A DNA stretch of 38,894 nt, taken from NCBI RefSeq assembly GCF_023256235.1, contig NZ_JAGDWY010000067.1, positions 13,489-52,382 of the forward strand. The letters are read 5' to 3'. The position numbers and the translations under genes are program-made. The notes beneath the pieces were generated by a model. That model ran no database searches. It saw only the letters and a list, made by a program, of their open reading frames with translations, and was not told the origin of the DNA. This document shows, piece after piece, positions 26,991 to 35,917 of this stretch (its first letter is position 1; each line of letters starts with the position of its first letter). This stretch comes from Desulfurella sp. (GTDB lineage: Bacteria; Campylobacterota_A; Desulfurellia; Desulfurellales; Desulfurellaceae).

Positions 26991-28141
26991 AAATCGACAA
27001 ATCTTAGGCTTGTTAGTGTATGTTCCCTTATGCTTTTTATATTGGGTAGGTCTATTATTGTTTTGCCACCTTGAACTACATACTCAAGGATATCTTGCAT
27101 GGATCCGCCACAAGAACATTCTTGGGTTTTGATAGTGTATGGCACTACTTTATCGCTAAAGCATTTTTTGCATCTAAAAAGGCTTTTTGATCCGGAATTT
27201 TTGCCTTTTTTTGCGATTGGTTTGCCTTCAATTTCTATAATATCCATAGAAAAATCAATTGTAGACGCACTTGATATGCTTGTGCCAACACCAAAACCAT
27301 CCACAACATCAACAAGTGGCTCGATGGTTTCTTCGTCAAGCCCACCGCTTGCAAATATTTTTACATTATCTGCGCCTCTTAAAGATAATTCCCAGCGGAT
27401 TTCTTCAATAATGGCTTTGAGGTTTCCCCTTCTTGAGTTTGGCGTATCAAGTCTAATGCCTGATAATTTTTTGCCAAGCGCTTCAAAAACCCTTAACGTT
27501 TCAAATTTTTCATCTCCAAATGTGTCAATTAGTATAATTCTTGGCACATTGCTATCCATTGTTTCGTCAAAGTATTGAGCTGCACTAACTGTATCGCCAG
27601 AAAGCAAAACGAGAGAATGCGGTATTGTCCCGCTTGGTTGTATGTTTAATGTGTTTGCAGCCAATACTGTAGAAACTCCATCACATCCGCCAATATACGC
27701 AGCTCGCTCAATTGCTACAGCAATAGCAGGATGCATTCTTCTTGCACCAAACGATAAAAGTTGTTTATCTTTAACCAATTTTCTAAGTCTTGCAGCTTTT
27801 GTAGCTACACCAGATTCTTGACATAAAAAGCCCAAAATTGCCGTTTCAAATTTTGCAAATTCACTATATAGACCCTCAATTTCAAGCACTGGTTCGTTTT
27901 CTCTAAAAATACTGCCTTCTTTAATAGCACGAATATTTAAATTTTTACCTTCAAGCAATTCCAAAACTTCTTCTAATCCAACAAAAATTCCCCATTTATA
28001 ATTTTTTGGCAATTTTTTTACGCTAATTTCAGCTTTTACTTTTTTATCCAGACCCTTTACTTTAAGTGTATAAACAGTCCTATCAAAGTATACATCTGTT
28101 ACTTTTGCATTTAATATATCTTCTTTTGTTGAAATGAACAA
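26987..28141 (-). CDS. pncB: Nicotinate phosphoribosyltransferase
   Basis: TDVYF, FETAILG, SFGARR, GTIPH, LIDTF, IRLDT, ASGGLDE, FGVGT, AKKGK; C-terminal CKKC...CSC. Confidence 0.9.
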   Translation of the reverse strand: MFISTKEDILNAKVTDVYFDRTVYTLKVKGLDKKVKAEISVKKLPKNYKWGIFVGLEEVLELLEGKNLNIRAIKEGSIFRENEPVLEIEGLYSEFAKFETAILGFLCQESGVATKAARLRKLVKDKQLLSFGARRMHPAIAVAIERAAYIGGCDGVSTVLAANTLNIQPSGTIPHSLVLLSGDTVSAAQYFDETMDSNVPRIILIDTFGDEKFETLRVFEALGKKLSGIRLDTPNSRRGNLKAIIEEIRWELSLRGADNVKIFASGGLDEETIEPLVDVVDGFGVGTSISSASTIDFSMDIIEIEGKPIAKKGKNSGSKSLFRCKKCFSDKVVPYTIKTQECSCGGSMQDILEYVVQGGKTIIDLPNIKSIREHTLTSLRFVDL

Positions 28142-28152
28142 TTTTTACCCCC

Positions 28153-28488
28153 CTAATCTACAAACGCATTTAATATTAAGCCTATTATACTCATTATTAT
28201 TGAGCCTGCAAGAGCACTAAAAAAACTTTCAACAACAAAACCTTTTACAATGTATGAGGCAAGGTAAAAAAGTAAAGCATTGATAATAAGCGTAAATAAA
28301 CCAAGTGTTAAAATATTAATGGGAAGCGTCAAAATTATCAAAAATGGTCGTATGAATGTATTTAATAATCCAATTACCAAGCTTGCTGCAATTAGCGAAA
28401 ATACACCTTCAACACGTAAACCTTTGACAATCATTACACTAATACCTAAAGCAATAGAATTAATTACCCACTTAATTATGAATATCAT
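28153..28488 (-). CDS. 4-TM membrane protein, YvlD / 'phage holin superfamily IV' family
   Basis: GLLNTFIRPFL..LTLPINILTLGLF.LIINA, GF.V.SF.SAL.GS signature. Confidence 0.88.
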   Translation of the reverse strand: MIFIIKWVINSIALGISVMIVKGLRVEGVFSLIAASLVIGLLNTFIRPFLIILTLPINILTLGLFTLIINALLFYLASYIVKGFVVESFFSALAGSIIMSIIGLILNAFVD

Positions 28489-30470
28489 TTTACCTCCAAA
28501 AAACGGTTAATTGTAGAAAGCACCACTGAGTTTTTCTTTAATGCTTCAATGATTTTTACATAATAAAGTTCTTGAAGCCAAACAGGTGCCTTTAAGTCAG
28601 TTTTTTCTATCCATGCCCATGCTTCAAACTCAAGACCATATATACTTTGTTTAATCAAAACACACTTTGGCGAGTATGTTTCATTGTCTAAAATATAATC
28701 TTGTTTCTTTAGTTCTTCAATAACAATTTCTTTAACTTTTTCAATATCTGAATTTATATCCACGATAAATGGTATTTTCAATTTTATAGCACCAAATGAA
28801 TAAGTAAAATTTATAACTTTGGACTTTATAAAGTAAGAGTTTGGCACGATAATATCCGTATTATCGTAAGCTCTAATAATTGTAGATCTTAATTTAGTTT
28901 CTATAACAACACCAGATATGTTGTTTTCTGGTATATTTATTATGTCTCCTGGTTTAACTAGCTGCTCAAATATGATTATGATACCAGAAACCATGTTGTT
29001 GGCAATATTTTGCAGTCCAAATCCCAAACCAACGCTTAGCGCGCCTGCAATTAAAGCTATGGTAGATGCATTGACGCCTATAAATGTTAATGATATGGCC
29101 AAAATCACTATTACGATAATATATGATCCAAGTGTTTTTAAAATTTGAATATTTGCTTCACCTATGGATTGGCGAAGTTTAAGCTTTTCCAGGCTTTTTT
29201 TGTAATGCTTATCAAGCAAAAATCCTAAAAACAATAAGATGATTATTTTAAGTATCAATGATAAAGATAGATCAATTCCTTTGTACTCAAAGAATGAGTA
29301 ATTTAATACATGTGAAACCTGTATGCCTATGTTTTTGAGAGATTTTGCAGCTTTGTTTAATGCATATATTGAGGGATTTTGTATATGCAGTAATATTTTT
29401 CTAATTGTATTGAGTTTATTTTCCAGTAAGCTTAAGTTTTGCTTGTATGTCATTAAATCAAGTAATGTTTGCTTAAAATACACAAAATAAGAAACTTGAG
29501 AGTTAGCTGTATAATTTGGTGGAGAGTAGTTGGTTATGAACTGAATGTTTGTATCAATTGAATTTTCAATTTTTTGTATTTCTTTTTGGATTTGTGTGTA
29601 TACAGCTACAGTATGTGTAGAGTTTTTATTTTCTATAATTTCTATCAAATAACGCCTGATTTTTAGATCAATTATTGATATTGCTATGCCAAACAATTGA
29701 TTTTCATTGTAGAGTTTTTGATTTTCTAATTGGGCAAGCCTGTTTTGCAGGTATGTAGAGCTAGTAGAAGAATGCATTATTTGAGATACTAAAAGCTGTA
29801 TTTGAGTATCAAGCTGTATATTTTGAGAAACTATATTGTCTTGCATTTCATCGTAGTATTTTTCTTGTGACTTGATTTTTTCATTTATATTTTTTAAAGC
29901 GTACTTGTCCAGAGCAATTTTATGCGTTATACTATTCATTGATTTGTATGAGTCATTTAGGAATTGATTTATATTGTCTATACTTTTTTTAGCCTGGTCA
30001 AGTTTTGCCTGTGTAATTTTATAGCGCAAATCTAAAAGTTCTTCGTCAAGCGTATTTTTTTGAATTGATAAAAATTCTTCGTTTAAAATTTTCTTTCTTT
30101 CACTTAAGTGTTGTATTGTTTTTTCTAAGCTATTTATTGTGTTGCTAAGGTTTGTTAAATAGTCAACAAAATTATTGAATTCATCAAAGTAAATGACTTT
30201 GGCTTTTAATAGACGATCCAGCTTTTCTTTGTTTTGAACCTTTGGTTTTGTTGAGTAAAGACTCTTTAGTTCTCTTAAAAGATCGATTTTTACATAAAGC
30301 TTATCCAATGTTTCTGGATCTTTTGTTTTGCTTATTTGGTTATAGGTTTGCTGTTCCATTTTGTTTATTGCAGCAATATTATCTGAGGACTTTTGTATTA
30401 AGCCAAATGAGTGTGAATTTATAGTTACCGTAAAGAATATTGCTAATATAAGTATTTTTAAGAAACTCAT
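28485..30470 (-). CDS. MscS-family mechanosensitive channel with a large periplasmic helical domain
   Basis: Signal peptide, long heptad-rich region, TM helices, GALSVGLGFGLQNIANNMVSG, GD.I, IIVPNS. Confidence 0.9.
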   Translation of the reverse strand: MSFLKILILAIFFTVTINSHSFGLIQKSSDNIAAINKMEQQTYNQISKTKDPETLDKLYVKIDLLRELKSLYSTKPKVQNKEKLDRLLKAKVIYFDEFNNFVDYLTNLSNTINSLEKTIQHLSERKKILNEEFLSIQKNTLDEELLDLRYKITQAKLDQAKKSIDNINQFLNDSYKSMNSITHKIALDKYALKNINEKIKSQEKYYDEMQDNIVSQNIQLDTQIQLLVSQIMHSSTSSTYLQNRLAQLENQKLYNENQLFGIAISIIDLKIRRYLIEIIENKNSTHTVAVYTQIQKEIQKIENSIDTNIQFITNYSPPNYTANSQVSYFVYFKQTLLDLMTYKQNLSLLENKLNTIRKILLHIQNPSIYALNKAAKSLKNIGIQVSHVLNYSFFEYKGIDLSLSLILKIIILLFLGFLLDKHYKKSLEKLKLRQSIGEANIQILKTLGSYIIVIVILAISLTFIGVNASTIALIAGALSVGLGFGLQNIANNMVSGIIIIFEQLVKPGDIINIPENNISGVVIETKLRSTIIRAYDNTDIIVPNSYFIKSKVINFTYSFGAIKLKIPFIVDINSDIEKVKEIVIEELKKQDYILDNETYSPKCVLIKQSIYGLEFEAWAWIEKTDLKAPVWLQELYYVKIIEALKKNSVVLSTINRFLEVK

Positions 30471-30476
30471 ATAAAA

Positions 30477-30538
30477 CTTATATATGAAAAACTTTTATGT
30501 GTCAATACTATTGACTTTTTGGAAGTTTTTATTACCTT
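30477..30538. promoter_or_regulatory. Back-to-back divergent sigma70-type promoters (mscS operon / mobA-rpoD operon)
   Basis: Minus strand: TTGACA 30505-30500, 17 bp, TATAAG 30482-30477. Plus strand: TTGACT 30511-30516, 16 bp, TACCTT 30533-30538. The two -35 boxes form GTCAATA-C-TATTGAC. Confidence 0.55.
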
Positions 30539-30545
30539 ATAGCAA

Positions 30546-31133
30546 GTGGTAGAAATGTTGAAATTCGGTGCGCTTGTACTGTGTGGAGGTAAATCCAGAC
30601 GGATTGGCAAAAACAAAGCTTACCTATTAAAAGATAATGAGCCATTTATAAGTATAATTGTTAATAAATTATCAGAGATTTTTGAAGAAGTGGTTATTGC
30701 TGTTGACGAAACTCAAAAATATACACAAATTATAAACAATAGGGTAAAAGTAGTGGAGGATAAAAGAAATTATTATGGACCTATTGAGGGTTTGAGACAG
30801 GGTTTAAAAATATCGCAAAAAGATTACATTTTTGTATGTGGGTGCGATATGCCAAACATTTCAAAAGACTGCATAATTGAACTAGCAGCTTATGTAGACT
30901 ATTCATATGAGTGCATATTACCTTTTTTAGAAAAACCTCAGGTTTTACATGGTTTTTACAGTAAATCATTATATACCAAAATTGAATCCGGTAATTATTT
31001 TAGTATAAAAGGACTTTTGGATGATGTTAAAGTTAAGTATGTATCAAAATTCAATTGTAATATAAAAGAATCGGTTATAAATATAAATACAAAAGAAGAT
31101 TACATTAAGTTTTTAGGAGGAGCAAATGGATAA
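30546..31133 (+). CDS. mobA: Molybdenum cofactor guanylyltransferase
   Basis: [36 protein letters not shown]. The start may be ATG 30555. Confidence 0.88.
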   Translation: MVEMLKFGALVLCGGKSRRIGKNKAYLLKDNEPFISIIVNKLSEIFEEVVIAVDETQKYTQIINNRVKVVEDKRNYYGPIEGLRQGLKISQKDYIFVCGCDMPNISKDCIIELAAYVDYSYECILPFLEKPQVLHGFYSKSLYTKIESGNYFSIKGLLDDVKVKYVSKFNCNIKESVININTKEDYIKFLGGANG

Positions 31134-32601
31134 AACATCAAGTGATGAAATTTTTTCAAGCAGCCTTTTGGAAGAAGGCAAGAAAAAGGGCTACCTAACT
31201 TATGATGATATAAATAAACTTTTGCCAGATGAGATTAACATCGAAGAAATTGATGATTTAATGGATAAGTGCGATGATTTAAATATTGATATCTTGGAAA
31301 GTGATGCAGACGCAAAAAAATTAAGCACAATAGTAAAAGAAGAAGAGCTTTTAGAAGAAGATACTGAAATCAAAAGTGCTATAAAAATGTATTTTTCAGA
31401 AATGGGAACCATAGATTTACTCGATAGAGATGAGGAAATTGAACTTGCAAAAAAAATTATTGACGAAAAAAATATATTGCTTGAAACCCTTATAGAAGTG
31501 CCATTTTTTAGTGCGGCTTTGGATGAGTTAATATACAATGTAAGCAACAACATTATAAAGCTTAAAAATATATCAAATGCTCTTGATAGCTCTTTTGATG
31601 ATGTAAAACAAGAAGATGAAGAAGATTTTACAACAAAACAAAAATTTTTGATTGTTTTCTCAGAAATAAAAGAGACACTTAATTTGTATAAAAAAGAAAA
31701 TAAACCGGAATACAAAGAAAAAATTATCCGCAACCTTACTGAAGTTTCTCTAAATGATACCTGTATTGGAAATATGATAGAAAGTTTTAAACAAAAGGCT
31801 TATAAGTTAGAGCAGGTCCCAGAAAAAGATAAAATTTTTGACCAGATAAATAAGCTTGAAAAAAGCAAGCTTGTAATTGAAAATGCAAAACAAAGGATGA
31901 TAAAAGCAAATTTGAGGCTTGTTGTATCTATTGCCAAAAAATATTTAAGCAGGGGTTTGTCATTTTTGGATCTTATCCAGGAAGGAAATATAGGACTTAT
32001 GAAAGCTGTAGATAAATTTGATTATAAAAGAGGCTTTAAGTTTTCTACCTACGCTACATGGTGGATCAGACAATCAATATCTCGAGCTATTGCAGATCAA
32101 GCCCGAACCATTCGTATCCCTGTTCATATGATAGAGACAATAAACAAGATTGTAAGAGCTTCAAAATTGCTTGTACAGGAAAACGGTAGAGAACCAACCG
32201 TACAGGAATTGTCAGAAACCCTTAATGTGCCTGTGGAAAAAATAAAAAATATTTTAAAAATTGTAAAAGAACCTATATCACTGGAGACACCAATTGGCGA
32301 TGAAGAAGATACAAGACTGGAGGATTTCATAGAAGATAAAAATGCAGCTTCCCCGCTTGATGCTGTGATCGAAGCTGATCTTTCAGAAAAAATAGAAGCT
32401 GTGCTTGCTACACTTAATGAAAGGGAACAGAAGGTATTGCGTATGAGATTTGGAATAACTACAGGTTTTGATCATACACTTGAAGAAGTTGGCAAAGTTC
32501 TTGGGGTAACACGTGAACGTGTAAGACAAATTGAAGCAAAAGCAATCAAAAAATTGAGGCATCCAAAACGCTCTAAAGCACTTGTGAGCTTTATTGAATG
32601 A
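31126..32601 (+). CDS. rpoD: RNA polymerase primary sigma factor
   Basis: Region 1.1 [57 protein letters not shown]...[10 protein letters not shown]. Confidence 0.97.
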   Translation: MDKTSSDEIFSSSLLEEGKKKGYLTYDDINKLLPDEINIEEIDDLMDKCDDLNIDILESDADAKKLSTIVKEEELLEEDTEIKSAIKMYFSEMGTIDLLDRDEEIELAKKIIDEKNILLETLIEVPFFSAALDELIYNVSNNIIKLKNISNALDSSFDDVKQEDEEDFTTKQKFLIVFSEIKETLNLYKKENKPEYKEKIIRNLTEVSLNDTCIGNMIESFKQKAYKLEQVPEKDKIFDQINKLEKSKLVIENAKQRMIKANLRLVVSIAKKYLSRGLSFLDLIQEGNIGLMKAVDKFDYKRGFKFSTYATWWIRQSISRAIADQARTIRIPVHMIETINKIVRASKLLVQENGREPTVQELSETLNVPVEKIKNILKIVKEPISLETPIGDEEDTRLEDFIEDKNAASPLDAVIEADLSEKIEAVLATLNEREQKVLRMRFGITTGFDHTLEEVGKVLGVTRERVRQIEAKAIKKLRHPKRSKALVSFIE

Positions 32602-33290
32602 GGCTTAATAGGTATTTGGCAGCCTGCGGGTTGGGTTCTAGGAGAAAGACTGAAGAATTAATTAAAAATGGTCTCATAAGCGTAAATGGAGAGATTGTAA
32701 GAGATTTTATAGATATTGATCCGCAAAGCGAAAATGTCTTATATAAAGGCAAACCTATAAAACCGCAAGGCAAATTATATTTTGCCTTTTACAAGCCTCC
32801 TTTTGTTATATCAAGCCTTAAAGATGGGACACACAGGTGTATAGGAGATTTTTTTGGTCATTTAGACATAAGGGTTTTTCCGGTTGGGAGGCTTGATTAC
32901 TTATCAGAAGGTTTGATTTTTGTAACCAATGATGGATTATTTGCTAATAAGGTTACTCATCCTTCAAAAAAGGTTAAAAAGACTTATCTAATAAAAACAA
33001 AAAAACAAATAGAAAGTAAACTATTAAATGAACTTTCAAAAGGGACAATACTTGAAGATGGATTTTTTAAACCATTATTTATTTCTTTTACAGAAAATAA
33101 ATTGTGGATAAAGCTTGTAATGGATTCTGGGAGGAATAGGGTTATAAGAAGGTTTTTTAAAAAATTTGATATTGGAATTGATGTTTTAAAAAGAATATCA
33201 ATTGGTGGTATTAAATTAGGAAATTTAGCTCCAGGGGAGTATAGATTATTGGAAGAAAGTGAAATATTGCAATTGACACAAAGCAAATGA
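32598..33290 (+). CDS. rRNA pseudouridine synthase, RsuA/RluB family
   Basis: S4 domain [12 protein letters not shown], catalytic PVGRLD, GRNR.IRR, L.PGEYR. Confidence 0.92.
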   Translation: MRLNRYLAACGLGSRRKTEELIKNGLISVNGEIVRDFIDIDPQSENVLYKGKPIKPQGKLYFAFYKPPFVISSLKDGTHRCIGDFFGHLDIRVFPVGRLDYLSEGLIFVTNDGLFANKVTHPSKKVKKTYLIKTKKQIESKLLNELSKGTILEDGFFKPLFISFTENKLWIKLVMDSGRNRVIRRFFKKFDIGIDVLKRISIGGIKLGNLAPGEYRLLEESEILQLTQSK

Positions 33291-33301
33291 TAGTATAAAA
33301 T
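33273..33301 (+). promoter_or_regulatory. Sigma70-type promoter of the nuo operon
   Basis: TTGACA 33273-33278, 17 bp, TAAAAT 33296-33301. Confidence 0.65.
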
Positions 33302-33340
33302 TCACACGAATTATAACTTTCCAATATGGAGGTGTGGTGT

Positions 33341-33691
33341 ATGACTAATTGGTTTATTGCGTTTATTGCATTGGTGCTTTTGTTTGTAATATTTGCCGGT
33401 ATGGTTATAGCCGCTAAATACCTTGCGCCACGTGAGTATGATAAGGAAAAGTATGATCTTTATGAGTGTGGTGCGCCTATGGTGAGTGAATTCAGGTATT
33501 TTAATATTCGCTTTTATATTATTGCGATTATGTTTACACTTTTCGATATTGAAGCGATTTTTATGTATCCATGGGCAGTATATTTTGAAGAATTAGGTAT
33601 TTTGGGTGTTATTGAGATGGGTTTGTTTATTATTATGGTATTTGTTGGATGGATTTATGCTTATAAGAAAGGAGCGCTTGTATGGGAATAG
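33341..33691 (+). CDS. nuoA: Complex I subunit A
   Basis: [38 protein letters not shown] favours ATG 33341. Confidence 0.95.
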   Translation: MTNWFIAFIALVLLFVIFAGMVIAAKYLAPREYDKEKYDLYECGAPMVSEFRYFNIRFYIIAIMFTLFDIEAIFMYPWAVYFEELGILGVIEMGLFIIMVFVGWIYAYKKGALVWE

Positions 33692-34143
33692 AGAATGCCT
33701 GGATTACTACAAAACTGGATAAGTTGGTTAGCTGGGGTAGGTATTCATCTTTTTGGCCTGTAACATTTGGTTTGGCATGCTGTGCTATCGAAATGATGGC
33801 AACAGGAGCTTCACGATTCGACTTAGATAGATTTGGTGTGGTGTTTAGAGCATCGCCAAGACATTCAGACGTTATGATAGTAGCGGGTACTCTTACAAAA
33901 AAAATGGCAATAGCCGCACGCAAAGTTTATGACCAGATGCCAAGGCCAAAGTGGGTTATATCAATGGGTAGCTGTGCAAATACAGGTGGTATGTTTGATT
34001 CTTACAGCGTTGTGCAAGGTGTTGATACAATAATACCAGTTGATGTATATGTACCGGGGTGCCCTCCAAGGCCAGAAAGTTTATTATACGGTATAATGAA
34101 ATTACAGGAAAAGATTAAGAAAGAAGGGTCGATGAATACATAA
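33682..34143 (+). CDS. nuoB: Complex I subunit B
   Basis: [31 protein letters not shown]. Confidence 0.97.
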   Translation: MGIENAWITTKLDKLVSWGRYSSFWPVTFGLACCAIEMMATGASRFDLDRFGVVFRASPRHSDVMIVAGTLTKKMAIAARKVYDQMPRPKWVISMGSCANTGGMFDSYSVVQGVDTIIPVDVYVPGCPPRPESLLYGIMKLQEKIKKEGSMNT

Positions 34144-34156
34144 TAAGGAGTTAGCA

Positions 34157-34702
34157 ATGGATGGTCAAAGCGTTGTAGAGTTGGTTAAGGGTAAGTTTGG
34201 TGATGGTGTTTTGGAAGCAAGTGAGTTTAGAGGCGAGTACAGCATCCTTGTTTCAAGTAATATTGCTCACGAATGTCTAAAATATTTGCATGATGAGTTG
34301 AATTTTGAGTATCTAGTATTTGTTACTGCTGTAGATTTTGGCATTGATGCTGAATATAGATTTCAAGTAGTTTATGAACTCAGATCTCTTTTACATAAGC
34401 TTCAGATACGTGTAAAAACCAATATAAAAGAAAATCAAGATATAGAAAGTGTTGTGGATATTTATAAATCTGCTACATGGGACGAAAGGGAAACCTATGA
34501 TATGTTTGGTATAATATTTAGAAATCATCCGGATTTAAGAAGAATTTTAATGCCTCAGGATTGGACAGGATATCCATTAAGAAAGGATTACCCTCTAAAA
34601 GGCAGACCAGAAGACGATGATTGGCTGGATAAGCATTTACCGCTTGGTCAACTAAAAAGGCCAAGGCATACAAGAAAGCCTTTTAGTTTAGTCCAAAAAT
34701 AG
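34157..34702 (+). CDS. nuoC: Complex I subunit C
   Basis: [28 protein letters not shown]. Confidence 0.95.
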   Translation: MDGQSVVELVKGKFGDGVLEASEFRGEYSILVSSNIAHECLKYLHDELNFEYLVFVTAVDFGIDAEYRFQVVYELRSLLHKLQIRVKTNIKENQDIESVVDIYKSATWDERETYDMFGIIFRNHPDLRRILMPQDWTGYPLRKDYPLKGRPEDDDWLDKHLPLGQLKRPRHTRKPFSLVQK

Positions 34703-34711
34703 GAGTTTAAA

Positions 34712-35908
34712 ATGAACAAAACTTATGTTGTTGAAAACGAAAGAGAAGTCATTGTAAATATGGGGCCACAACACCCATCAACACACGGTGTTTTGAGGTT
34801 TGTTGTAAAACTTGATGGTGAAAAAATCGTTGAATCAGATCCTGATGTAGGATACTTACACCGTGGTTTTGAAAAATTTGCCGAAAACATGACATATCAA
34901 CAATTCATGCCATTTACTGACAGACTTGATTATTTAGCTTCAATGAACAATAACTTTGCCTATGCAATGGCTGTGGAAAAATTGCTTGGTATAAGCAGCC
35001 AGATTCCAAAAAGAGCTGAATACATCCGTGTAATCATGGCTGAGCTTGGAAGGATTGCGTCGCATTTGGTTTGGCTTGCTACACATGCTTTGGATATTGG
35101 CGCTATGACAGTATTTTTATATTGTTTTAGAGAAAGAGAGTATATACTTGATATGTATGAGATGGCATGTGGCAACAGGCTTACTTATAATTATATAAGA
35201 ATAGGTGGAGTTGCACGTGATTTGCCAGATGGATTTTTAGACAAATTAAAAGAATTTGTAAAACTTTTTCCTTCAAAAGTAAAAGAATACCACACTTTGC
35301 TTTCAAAAAATAGAATATGGCTTAAGCGTACAAAAGGTATCGGTTACATTTCGAAACAGGATGCTATTAACTGGGGAATTGCAGGCCCTTGCACAAGGGG
35401 TTCCGGTATTGATTGGGATTTAAGGCGTGATATGCCATACTCAGTTTATCCTGAGCTGGATTTTGAGATACCAGTTTATCATAATTGCGACGTATACGAT
35501 CGCTACCTTGTGCGTATGGACGAAATGATTCAGTCCAATAGGATTTTAGAGCAATGTATAGAAAAAATTCCAGATGGACCTGTAATGATGAAAGATAGCC
35601 CATATGTATGGGATCCAAAAGAAGACATAATGAAAAAAAATTATGCTTTAATGAAACATTTTGTAAAGGTTGTTCAAGGCATTAAGGCACCGCCTGGAGA
35701 GACTTATTTTGGCGCTGAAAACCCCAAAGGTGAATTAGGATTTTACATTTACTCCAATGGTGAAGGTGTGCCTTATAGGATGAAAATCAGATCACCATCT
35801 TTTATAAACTTAAGTGCCATGCCAGTTATGTTAAAGGGGCATTATATTGCGGATATTATCTCGGTAATCGGCAGTTTGGATTTTGTTTTTGGTGAATGCG
35901 ATAGATAG
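34712..35908 (+). CDS. nuoD: Complex I subunit D
   Basis: NMGPQHPSTHGVLR, GYLHRG.EK, DRLDY, ENPKGELG, C-terminal GECDR. Confidence 0.97.
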   Translation: MNKTYVVENEREVIVNMGPQHPSTHGVLRFVVKLDGEKIVESDPDVGYLHRGFEKFAENMTYQQFMPFTDRLDYLASMNNNFAYAMAVEKLLGISSQIPKRAEYIRVIMAELGRIASHLVWLATHALDIGAMTVFLYCFREREYILDMYEMACGNRLTYNYIRIGGVARDLPDGFLDKLKEFVKLFPSKVKEYHTLLSKNRIWLKRTKGIGYISKQDAINWGIAGPCTRGSGIDWDLRRDMPYSVYPELDFEIPVYHNCDVYDRYLVRMDEMIQSNRILEQCIEKIPDGPVMMKDSPYVWDPKEDIMKKNYALMKHFVKVVQGIKAPPGETYFGAENPKGELGFYIYSNGEGVPYRMKIRSPSFINLSAMPVMLKGHYIADIISVIGSLDFVFGECDR

Positions 35909-35917
35909 AGGTGAATT

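Noticed and set aside
28153-28488. Holin as evidence of a prophage
   Set aside because: This 4-TM family is common on chromosomes, it sits inside a housekeeping operon, and no endolysin, integrase or structural genes are nearby.
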